The position numbers and the translations under genes were made by a program. Shown piece by piece: positions 40,187 to 51,137 of a stretch of 64,000 bases of DNA. The notes below the pieces were generated by a model that ran no database searches, was not told the origin of the DNA, and was given only the letters and a program-made list of their open reading frames with translations. The DNA is taken from positions 716,074-780,073 of the forward strand of contig NMRA01000044.1 in the NCBI GenBank assembly GCA_002633005.1, read 5' to 3'. Positions within the stretch are counted from its first letter, which is position 1. Each line of letters begins with the position of its first letter. The stretch is from Phoronis australis (lineage: Eukaryota; Animalia; Phoronida).

Positions 40187-42790
40187 TCAGACACCGCAAT
40201 TCACAGTGGTTGGATGTTCACACCGGCACGATTTGGTGCTGAACAGCAGACCTGCCGGGCAGGGTTGAGTGACAGTTTTATGACCGATGACAGACTGTTG
40301 GTATGTGGAGCAGCCGCGGTTTGGCACGTAGTGATTCACAACGCCATCTATTGTCAGATTACAATCCAGAGGGTCGGCAACGGCTTAAAGAAGAGACAAT
40401 TATTTTAGAATTGCAATACCAGTTGTAGATTTTGGTCACCCTGTTTCTAAATCCTATTAGCATCCGCTTCAATTTTTCCCTCTTCTGTTAGAACCCTACG
40501 AGTTTCATCAATATGTCTTCGACTTTCTTAGTCGCATTAATTCACGCAAATATTATTTATGCGGGTACATTGTACTTTTAATCTCTTGGAAATCCAAACC
40601 AAAAGCGACAATTATTAGTTATCGACTTTCTACTTACCCTCACATACTCGAGAACGTAGGGAGTCAACCAAGTTGCTCAATGAAAGCCAGAAGACGTGCT
40701 TCGGTGAGTCAGCAATGGCAGGAATCTCAGGTTGTTCGTACGGAGACCTGCGAGCACCAATAGCATACAACGATATTCCTTTTTGGCGTGCTAAATCCGA
40801 GTATTGTTTTGCTATACGCAATCCCGTATATCCGTCAGTCACCACAATGCCAATCTTCTTTGCTTTTGCTCTACCCCCTCTTTTGGCAGTGAAGTACGTT
40901 GTATACATCTTCTCAATGGTTCTTCCACTAGAGTAGCTCGTTGAACAAAATTTCTTCGCGGGAACAGATGGATTCTTTAACGCCTGCAAAATTAAAGCAA
41001 GCCAAAAGGCATTTTATAGAGAATAATTTCGTAAATCTCGTTATTCTGCGCGAGCCAGTTAGTGACGAGCGGTGAAGGTAATCTTGAGTTAGTTGACGTA
41101 AAACTAGTAGTTATTTTGGCAAATGAGATTGTTAGAAGAAGTTTGAGAAATAGACTGTGAACTACGGTAAAATCGTAAAATGCACATTAAATACGCAGCA
41201 TTGTAGTGCTACAAAAACAACAAAAACGTAGCAAATACGTAAAAACGTATTAGTGTACCTGTATGTGGTACTAGCCACTACTATACAACTTCTCATTTTG
41301 ACACGTACTAATACTTTATAAGTTGCTCATGTCTGGCCTAAAATAATACCGTTTTTCCTACAATTTAAAAATCTGCAGCCTCATCGACCAATTAGCCGAT
41401 AGCCATTTTGTTATTTGAACGCCAGGATGGTCGCGTACTGTAGTGCTCATTAAACTTAAGCTTTTCATTCACGTGGTTTTTTGGTGTGACCTGGCCAATA
41501 ACGCAGTGGAGTTATTCTATTGTTACAGAACTGTTTGGTGGATGAAATCGCTAAAAGGATTCATTGCACTTTAAACTGTCTTGTGACATTCAGATCTGGG
41601 AAACCAAACTCGAAATTGGTTTTTGCATTTTCTAATCTATTGTACTCTTTTCCAACCCAAGAAATGTGTCTACTCTGCCCTCGACTGCATTATGTCTCAA
41701 GAGATTATAATCCAAGTTTGATTTGGTGACCACTAGATTCGGTATGCAATCTCGAGCAAAAACTCTAGATAACGAGTAAAACGTGAAATTTTGAGTTCAG
41801 ACCCGAACTTTTCTCCCTTAATGGTGGGGTCATTGAGTGTAAACATAATTTAAACAGTTGTCCGTATTAGTTATTATATAGCAGAGCATTGAGCAATACA
41901 TGTAGGTAATCGTCTAGAATTAACATAAAAGTAGAACAGGAAATGCGTGAAAATGAAGTGGATTTCGATTTCGGGTACGAAGATTAGACCCCGGACTCAA
42001 GTTATGTTCTTCTTTTAATATACTAACATACTTTGATTAGACGGATTTGCTTGGACAAATTTCATATTCATCATCTCAGTACCAAAGTAAAACGAGAAAT
42101 GATAGGAAAGTTACAGCAATTGCTATTATATCAACAGCCAACGATTCAACAAACGTGTTAGAGAAGTTTGTATCTATTGACAACGCTACATTTATTTCTA
42201 TTGTATTCGTATATAGGTTTTTTAAAAAGTCTGAACCTGGAATCAAACACAAGAGTAAAACTGTTGAATGTCATACTACACAAACAAGGACCTTACATCT
42301 AGCAACGAAGCACTGGTTGTGTATTGGTCCAAATCAAAACACTTTCCTTTGTGGGGAAAGGTAACGACTCCAACTTGGAACGCGTTCGGTCCAATCACAA
42401 ACCCCGACACGATGTCGTGTAACACCGACAGTATGTGGTCGTAGTTGCTTCCCATGCTGCCCGAGTTGTCGATCGCAATAATGACATCCGCTTGACCACT
42501 GCAGAGGGATTCGACTGAAACACGAAAACTGTGTAGCGTCCAATATTCTCCTTCGAGCGCTGAAACCATTTAATTTGTAACAATGTGGGTAAATGATTTG
42601 AAATAAATCTTTCACAGTAGCACATTTTCCTTGAGGGTCACCGTTACAATAAAAAAGCTCCCGTGACGCCTACAAATTTGCATGATTCACAATATGTGCA
42701 ACTATGATGCATTTATTTTTCTTTTCAAGAGGACTCGAAAAACTTACCTTGATTCACAAGAAGCAGGCCAACAATGAACGTCGCATACAT
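40187..42790 (-). CDS. Secreted VWA + chitin-binding type-2 domain protein, copy 4, 267 aa
   Basis: Exons 42790-42748 (MYATFIVGLLLVNQ), 42514-42297 (DNSGS), 40983-40638 (VVTDG) and 40383-40187 (DCNLTIDG...CPAGLLFSTKSCRCEHPTTVNCGV*). GT-AG; 804 nt in frame. Confidence 0.9.
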
Positions 42791-43032
42791 CTTCACTGTG
42801 CACAACACGAGAGGAAAAACTGAATTTGCCAAATGTTAGTGTACTTTTCTGGTTGACTGCAAACAAAAGGAATTGAGCTACAAAAATTATAAAAACACAA
42901 AGCACAAATAAAGCTCTGTTACTGAGTCGTATGTTCAATTAAACTGTTTAGAAAAATGTTACAACTGTATAGTTTTCTGGTTTTGACAAACGACCCACAA
43001 TATTTACCCATGAAAATGTAAATGAAACTCGC

Positions 43033-43099
43033 CAGTCCTTCCCTCAGCACCCAGGTTTTCTGCAAGGTGTAGGTACAGGGTTAGGCACTTTCTTTTATA
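43033..43099 (-). promoter_or_regulatory. TATA box and non-coding exon 1 (GC donor), copy 4
   Basis: TATAAAAG at 43099-43092; donor ggactg|gcgagt at 43033/43032. Confidence 0.65.
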
Positions 43100-43261
43100 C
43101 AGTGAGAAAATGTGATCCGCATGTCTCATTAGTGTCACAAGGCCCACGCTTCAATTTACCACGTAAGCCAACAGTTGAAATATATGTTTTACTACCCGTG
43201 ATTTATATATGACTATCATTAGCCGCGGTTGCTGTGCCACTTACATTTTTTCACGAGGCTA

Positions 43262-45330
43262 AACTCGCAAACACTTTTATTCGAAACCTAAGCCCAAGTA
43301 ATACTCTTCACCATGACATCGATTTTTTCATAACGATTTGAATGTAATACAGATTGTTTTGCTTAATTTCTAGTCTTGGTGTGGTGTATAAAGAAATATA
43401 TGGATGCCGGACGAAGTGTCAATCGTGGTATATTAACTTGGAGTATCGGTTAACCTCAAGGTCGTATGTGGGCTTAGGGAACTTGGAATACCCTCTAAAA
43501 TAATCACGTTCAAGCTACTATAATACGTTAACGGGTGGAATAAGTGAATTTTGAACCAATAATCACAAAAACTCTCTACATTGAACAAAGTATTCAGCAC
43601 ATTTCTTTAATGTGTATTTAATTATAAGCTCCCGCAAACGCGATCTTCAGATTAAGCAAAATTCAAGTTCACGCATACTAAACAAGTAATGGCAAGCGTT
43701 CGACATAAGATAGGGCGTCCTCCATTGAAAAGCTTGCTAAGCGCCCTCGAGTTGACTGTTACCACCACAAAGTTTGAAATAAAGATCAGTTTGAGTGCTG
43801 GACCTATCTGAGATCCAAGATGGCTGTTACATATTCTCAGTTAGGAAAGATTTGCTCGACATGTAAATCATCAACGGATGTCAGAGACGTCACTAACAAC
43901 AATGCTAACCTTACTTAGTGGAGCACACCGACATTACAGTATTCCTTTAGTAAAATCCTTGGTGTCTTTGACTAAGTCTTTTTAGTTATTTTACTGTTTT
44001 AGTTGTTTAGTCCTCAGGCTCGGTTTCGTGCACTTGTGTCTTGGATTAATTTGAGCAAACAAAGAAGCCACATTTTCAAAGCGTTTCTCGTGTAAAAGTA
44101 AGTCGATTGGAGTGTAAGAGGTGTTGAAATCAATTAAGATTTTTTGGTAGTTGTGCACTGGCCGATTGCCAAACAATTGCAGTTATCCCATTCTCAACAG
44201 AGGATTATCACACACTTATCTCCCTGAGAATACTGGCTTAGGCTGTGATCCATATTGGACTATTGGAGCAATGCAGATGTTTTCAGTAAAAGTCCAACCA
44301 AGCAACCAAGACTTTGCAAGGTTGACCACGTTTTGATGACGTCTACTCAAGGATCAGTATTTACTAGTATACCGGTTAGTTACAATAGTCTTCGATAGAA
44401 AGAAAACACAAGTCTTTACCTTGCTTCACTTGCGTTCGCAAGTTATTATTGTCTCCAATCACCCCAGCATCATTTGACTATTCAGCGAAATCGAAGTCTC
44501 ATAGACAAAAGCTTCATGAATAACGTGAAAGTTTCTTTGTTCAAGTAACCCTACAAAATTCAAAAAACTGACAACTACGTAAACCTGTAAAGTAGTAAAG
44601 TTCAATTATGAGGCGCTGTTTTCGTCATCATTCTCTTGTTTCTTCAAGAGAAATTTGCATTTTCTTGTTGGGTCAGCTCCATATAGAGTGTTAGGGCATC
44701 AGCTTGTTGACTCTTTGTTGTTCTTTAGATTGGGCAATATGCACGTACTATACATACACATACCCAGCTTAAAAGCGTACACTTGTGTACTTAAAGTACA
44801 GGTCCAGAAGTACAGTTGCAAAATCTAAGCTCTACTATGACACAACCAGTCAGCAGACATGCCTGAAAGCCCAAAGTAAATGAATGACCTGCAATGCAGA
44901 AGACATTGCTGGTGCATAAGTTTGTGCCCAGTAAAAAGTTGTGCCAGATTACATATCCCATGCTTTGAGAATACAAGTTGGTGGTCAGTTCACTATAAAA
45001 CTTTGGTTCATGCCTATTTATGTCTACTGGTTTCAATTCAACTCTGTCGCTGTTGTAGTGTACTGAACAGAAGTCTTTATATAATAAACGACAGTTGCTT
45101 GAAGTAGTTTAATTAATAAGTTTTTTTATACAGTGCAAATATTTGAGGTTGTGTTCAGTCATTTGACAAAATTACAGTCTTTGCCGACGCCTTTGGAAAT
45201 GACCCTGAACAAGGCCATGACATAGTATAATAAAAATCAATTAAACTTAGGCTTTGTCAGATGTTCTAAGTTTGACGTGGTAACTTGTCATCTAAAGCAT
45301 AACAACAATCCTTGACTAATAATCATTGTG
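43262..45330. repeat. Right arm of long inverted repeat (partner 34810-36618)
   Basis: Same matches as the left arm; carries an extra ~290-bp insertion at ~44045-44335. Confidence 0.85.
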
Positions 45331-45600
45331 ATTAATAATCATTTAATACTCTCTTTTGCGAATTCGTGTCATCCTTTGCTGCGCAACAGTCTTGCAATGT
45401 GTATACAGACTGACAGTCTATACAGCATGTTAGTGCTAGTCTTGAAACTCTGGCAGCCCTTCACAACTAACTAGTCTTATGGTTGTTTATGTTGACTGGC
45501 AGTCTATACATGACTTCCTAAAACGGCACTGAGGTGGTGGCGTATTATAACTATTATTAAAATCTCTTGATCTATTTACACCGTCTATATACACTGTCAT

Positions 45601-45636
45601 GACATTTCGGTCGGTCTCTTCTCCGGCCATCGTCAG
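45601..45636 (-). ncRNA. Minimal type-I hammerhead ribozyme-like motif in left pLTR
   Basis: CTGACGA-t-GGCCGG-agaagaga-CCGACC-GAAA-TGTC. Penelope pLTRs are known to carry minimal hammerheads. Stem I is weak. Confidence 0.55.
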
Positions 45637-46731
45637 GTGTTCCCGCGTTCTTAGGAAAACGATCATGGTGTGATTTTTTGTGCGAGGCCACGACTTCTGA
45701 AACTACAGATAATTCGAGTCCAGCATCTTAACCACTACACCACTGAGTCATCCAATTACTTAGAGGGAATTTTATTATACTTAAACATTCCTAAGTGGAC
45801 TGAGCCAGGTGTCACTTGGTTGTTTGCTTGGCTGACTGAAGTCATTGCCTTGTACTTTCATGTACATGACTTCCTTGATCTTTCTCTTGGTCCAACCGGT
45901 TTCACTGTCAAGTATTCGGATGTTATTCCACTGGATGTTGTGTTGTTTCGACCACATGTGTTCTGCTACTCCTGATGAGGTATTACCTTCTCTACAACAC
46001 CTCTTATGCTCAGCAATTCTTGTCTCCAGTGGTCTTAATGTTTCACCGATATACTATTCACCACATTCACATGGGATTTCTTAGAAGACAGTTTTCTTTT
46101 TTCCCATTTCAGTTCTTGGTTTGGCAACATTGGTTCTCCCTGCTACCAACTAGCTAGATTCCTCAACAACATCATATCCCCACTAGTTGGAAAAACTGAC
46201 TCGTACGTAAAGGACTCGAAGCACTTTGTGTCAATGTTGTCATCAGTCAGCATTACACCAAATGACACCATGGTGAGCTTTGATGCCGAAACCCTATTCA
46301 CATGTGTACCAACAGCAGAGGTTCTCCCATTACTCAGCTAAAAGTTAGAACATGACCACAAGCCATCAGAGGATGTAAACCTCCCAATATCACCAGTCTT
46401 AGCTAACTTGTACATAGAGAGGTTCGAACAAACAACTCTCAGCTCAGCTTACAGACCCCCGAAGATGTGGAAACGATACGTTGATGACACATTCACAATA
46501 TTCAGCCAAGACTTGGAAAATGCATTAGAGTTCCTTGACTATCTGAACAACATAGCGCCTACGATTAGATTCACAATAGAAGAAGAGACAAATAACAGTC
46601 TCCCATTCCTTGACGTACTAGTGACTCGTGTCGAAAGACAGTTAACAACGTCAGTCTACTACCTCGCACAAAAAATCACACCATGAGTGTACCACGTATC
46701 AGTGGTCGTTTTTCTAAGAACGCGGGAACAC

Positions 46732-46767
46732 CTGGTGATGGCTGGGGAAGAGACCGACCGAAACGTC
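46732..46767 (+). ncRNA. Minimal type-I hammerhead ribozyme-like motif in right pLTR (core mutated)
   Basis: CTGGTGA-t-GGCTGG-ggaagaga-CCGACC-GAAAC-GTC, flanked by cac/gtg. Confidence 0.5.
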
Positions 46768-49034
46768 GTGACAGTGTATATAGACTAGAGGTCGGTGTAA
46801 ATAGACCAAGAGATTTTAATAATAGTTGTGGCAGTCTATACATGTAACCCTCTACAAGGTTAACTGTAGTCTTGTGGTTGTATACAGTACATGCTGTCAG
46901 TCAATACACCCTGCTAGTGGTAGTCTGGATATACCCAAATTGGTGGTTTGTATAATGTTATATGTTGTTCTTCGGGGCGTTGCACCAGCCGTTACAATTA
47001 AACAAGCATTAGTGGACTGCTCCACTGACAACTGCCAGCACTTTCAACTTACATAGGTTCGAGTTACTAGATTGGGCTGATGAAGACAAATGAATTGAGA
47101 AGGGGTCACCTGACCATGATGCATTCAAAAGAACTCAACGATGCTGAAAACGGCTTCTCATTACATCACCAGCAGGTACAAATTCTAGCTTTGCATAAGG
47201 GCACATTATAGCATTCTATAATGTTAACAACAAAAGAAAGTGTATTGTTTTTTCAACGTATCAGCAGCCAATTGCCAACTCACGTATAACATGGATTTGA
47301 TATTACGTTGTAGAACAAGAGATATGTTGGGAATTTTCAATCTGCTCATTCTTATATACTCTGGAAAGCGTTTTGCTACTCTCAAATCCTTGTGTACCGG
47401 CTTACCAGAGTTTTGCTAACTGTCAGAGTTTTGCTAACAGCAGGCCAGTCCTGGAAGATGAAACTGGCAATGCAACGTAATTAATATAGCTGCGCTAAAT
47501 ATGCATTTTTGGCTATTGGTGTGGCAACAACTCGGTGTTCAACAGGGGTTTAACATTAAATTGTAATTGGCCATTAGAGGGATAGTGATAAATGTAGGAC
47601 TGCTAGAAACAAAGAGGCAAACACAAAATGGAGATGAGAAGACGTGGGAAGGCCTTTTCTGCAATGAATAGGCCATGCCACGTCCTGTTATGTCCCGAAG
47701 ACTACATCAGTGCAGCTCAACAGGAATCCAAATTTCTTTGTAGGCCCCTACATGTGAAAACTGCGAATCTAAGACTAATAAAAAACTCGACCAGTGTTCA
47801 AAGCACGTGGCCAGGAAGCGCGCGCTATATACATGTGCCGGCTGTCATCAAAGAGGCATTAGGTGGGAACTATCCATTCATGAAACGGGCAGTATAGCAT
47901 CGGCAAGAAATAAATACTGGCACCAATTTCCAACAGTTTTTAATACCATAAACATTTTTGCATTATTTTAAGAGGGGTTCTTTAATTAATCATAATTGGT
48001 GTTTTTAAAGCCAAATATCCGATAAAATGATTACTGACAGTGAATACTTACTCACCCTCACACCAAAAAACAACTGTAAGACAGTCACGTACGCATCCAG
48101 CCACATGGCGACTAATATGGACCTTACCGAGACAATTGTCGAACGTTTTTTAGAAGATGAGACCGACAAGTGCTGAATGACACACGTTCTGCTTGTGTAC
48201 AATGCACATGTAGCTCGTTACATTGCGTTTACTCAGGCAAATGAACTCTGGTGACACGCATGCGCTCACTTACTCACACACGCAGACAAACTTCAAAACA
48301 AACGTCAGGTGACAACAACATGTCTAGAGATTATTTTCTCGTGTTACCGGGTAGGTCTACGATCATAGACCTTATCAGCACCGACAGGAGGCGCGATCCA
48401 AAACGAAGCTCGCTACGATAGCTCTGTTGGCTTAGGAGGCACAGAACAGTTTTCAAAACCCACATCACTTGATGCAAAGAATGACATGTTTTCAGTTATT
48501 TCATATAAAAAGCCCTGCAGATGAGCGCAGAAACTTTATTCTCGTATTTTTGACCCTTTCAATCCCACTGAAAACCACGCTAGACTAAGAAAAATAGGGG
48601 CAAAAAAGTGCAAAATCGGCACTTTTCACCCCAAAAACACCACTTCCCTGCCGATACACGACTAAAACCAACAATAGATTCTGAAAGCAAATTTCCTACA
48701 AATTCCGAAAATATGGTTCAAAAGTACTGTCAACTAACTAGTTTTTTGGCAATTCTGGCTTGTTTGAGGGCTACCTAAAATCGCAGCCAATTTCTCAGTC
48801 GCTACCCAGCAATGCACAATTGCAACCGGGGGCCGCCATCTTGAAGAAGAGTGCAGCTACAGCCGAGAAAGTGGCCTTTTTATTCTCAACATGTTCACAA
48901 ATGCAAACAAACCACATTCACTGAGCCTACATGCAATGACCACCTACTACAAAATGCCCCCAAACTTGGCCTACCCCAAAATTTTAATATTTTGGCAGTG
49001 CAAATTGGCCGCGGCCGCGTCCCAACTATTCAGT

Positions 49035-49310
49035 GCCACCTTATCTGCATAGTGTATTCCGCGTTGCTTTAACGGCTGAACAAATACGCACTTTCAACTG
49101 TCTATTTTACAATCCCTAAGGAGGTTGAGATTCGGAAGCGTTGGGTCGTTGCCATACGCCGCGACGATAAAAATATGGCCGTGTAAAATTCATAGACGTT
49201 TTCGAAAAGTTAGATCATATTTTGATTGTCGCATCTTGGTTGCCGAGTATCATAGCAATTACGACCGGAGAATCTTCGGTCGCAGCCAGGCTGTGTTTTC
49301 ATGGCTACGA
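49035..49310 (+). pseudogene. Highly decayed THAP domain remnant inside probable DNA-transposon debris
   Basis: CIPRCFN ... FTIPKEVEIRKRWVVAIRRDD ... AVFSW, broken by frameshifts and stops. Confidence 0.55.
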
Positions 49311-50978
49311 GTTGAAACATAATGCATTTTTCTTTCCAAAAAGGACAGGGCCCTCAATCAATTTTGGGGCCGAATATCGGCCCTATTCCCCTGTCAAAAA
49401 TATTTGAAAAATCACGCGAAATTCGGAAATTCACCCCCACGAGGCCTAAAAATTCCCCTAGTGATTTAAAATTTCTCTCCGGAGTTCAAATCACCTGTAA
49501 CCACACAGGTGACAATTTGAAAGAACATAAAATGCTACTTGAGACAGAGCCTATGAGAGCTTGCAAGAGGGCGAGGGTGCTATTGATGGTGATCGGGAGG
49601 TAGATTTTTCCCCTCACTCGGCGAAAAACTTCCCTTCTCAGAAGGCACAGACACCTTTCCCCTCGGATGAGCGAGGCCCATGAAGAAACATAACTATGCT
49701 TGCTCTGTCCAGTAAACTGAAACTGAGCTCTAAAACGAGGTTATGCTTTGGACGAACGAATTTGGTGTTTTAATTTTACAATTCAAATTGGTCCAGAAGA
49801 TATTTGAAACCTAACACATGAAATAGACGTAAGAATTATTAAAACCAAGAAAGCAGAATTGATGATCAAATAATTTTTATTTTCAATTACGAGCCTGGTT
49901 TTTATTTTAATGAAAATATACTTAATAACATCAATTATTCTTTCAGATCAATGAAAAATCAACTGTTAGTCCCGGTAGTCCCTACCTCACCAGGACCTAG
50001 GCTATATGCTTGATATTAATATTCTTTATCAACAAATTCAACCAGATGTGACTAATTGCACATGGCAGCAAAATGCGACACCACTGTCGAATATATCTTC
50101 AACTCGTCAACAATAAGAGCAGATGACCTGGTTCGTGTAGAAAGCATTCTAATCAACAATTCACTAGAAGATCGAACCCTGCATTCCGCATGATACCTAA
50201 TACGTAACACTGCGATCGTCGCAATTTGGTCACATTTACTTTTCATGTTTCGAACCTTGTTTTCCCAGAAAGAAACTTATACCCTTTCGTCAGACAACTC
50301 TTTGGTGCATTGACTTGTTCTCTAATATATTTTTCTACGTCTCCGTCTGTGGTTAATTATGGACACATTTTAAAGATTTAATATCCAGCTTGGACTCAAA
50401 AGACCGGCCATTTAACTCACGCAGTGTCATCTTCCGCTTTGTTTATCCAGTGAGCCTAGCTTTGGATTTTAATGTCCGCCGCGTGAATTATGTCTTTAGA
50501 CGTCACGATCTAGCCCAGATTTGGACTTAACCTGTCGTTAATTCCCGACTCTATGGGAACTTAAAAATCTTAGGGATGCTATCTGGAAAACTTTAGGAGG
50601 ATTTCAGGTAATGTGCTTGTGTTGAAACTGTACTTTTATTCAAGCATTCAAGTTGCCATATCAACGATTGCGAGGCAGTCAGTCGGCGAGTTTCCGCCCT
50701 GGGATTTATGCACAATTTTGCTGTAAAATGATCGTAATTTAGCAACAAAGTTTGATAGCAAACTAATGCACCATAATTTTGTAGTCTCTCACAGGTTACA
50801 GATACATCACAGAGCGTAAATGTGATGAATATTAGCTTCCGATTTCACCCGTTTCGGAGACCGGGTTTCAACCGCCTTGGGTTACAATAAGAACCCCCCT
50901 GAAACGAATTTTTCTAAGCGTTCTGTGCGGTTATTAAAATTTTCTTCAAACAAAATTTGTTTAGAATAGAATGAAATG

Positions 50979-51137
50979 CAGGTGCGAATCCAGGATTTTG
51001 AATTGGGGGGGCAGGGCAGAGTATTAGCCAGAATTTTGCGCGTCAGACGATGGCACCCCCGAACTGCCAAATGGAATCTGGGAGAATTTTAGGGGGGACA
51101 TGGCTCCCTTGGCCCACCTCCCTTAAATCCGCCACTG
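50979..51137 (+). mobile_element. Short MITE-like element, same family as 49-317
   Basis: caggtgcgaatccaggattttg ... atctgggagaattttaggggg ... taaatccgccactg. Confidence 0.65.

Larger units (their letters stand above)
45513..46828. mobile_element. Rearranged Penelope-like retroelement (RT fragment on +, GIY-YIG fragment on -, inverted pseudo-LTRs)
   Basis: RT on + at 46140-46660 (LARFLNNIISPLVG...MVSFDAETLFTCVP; WKRYVDDTF; LPFLDVLV). GIY-YIG on - at ~46100-45830 (IPCECGE*YIGETLRPLETRIAEHKR...SGVAEH...RKIKE). Inverted repeats 45549-45688 / 46662-46827. A 16-bp direct repeat tggcagtctatacatg at 45497-45512 and 46829-46844 is TSD-like. Confidence 0.9.

Noticed and set aside
2583-42790. One long multi-VWA gene (collagen VI/matrilin/BMSP type)
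   Set aside because: Each unit has its own TATA box, signal-peptide exon and stop-containing last exon.
42744-42938. Hydrophobic ORF ending CDVHCWPASCES
   Set aside because: Wrong frame over the signal-peptide exon; the true frame is MYATFIVGLLLVNQ.
48004-50530. Kolobok-like boundaries around the 49.1 kb THAP remnant
   Set aside because: Candidate ends (ttaaagccaaatat / agatttggacttaa) match too poorly to define an element.
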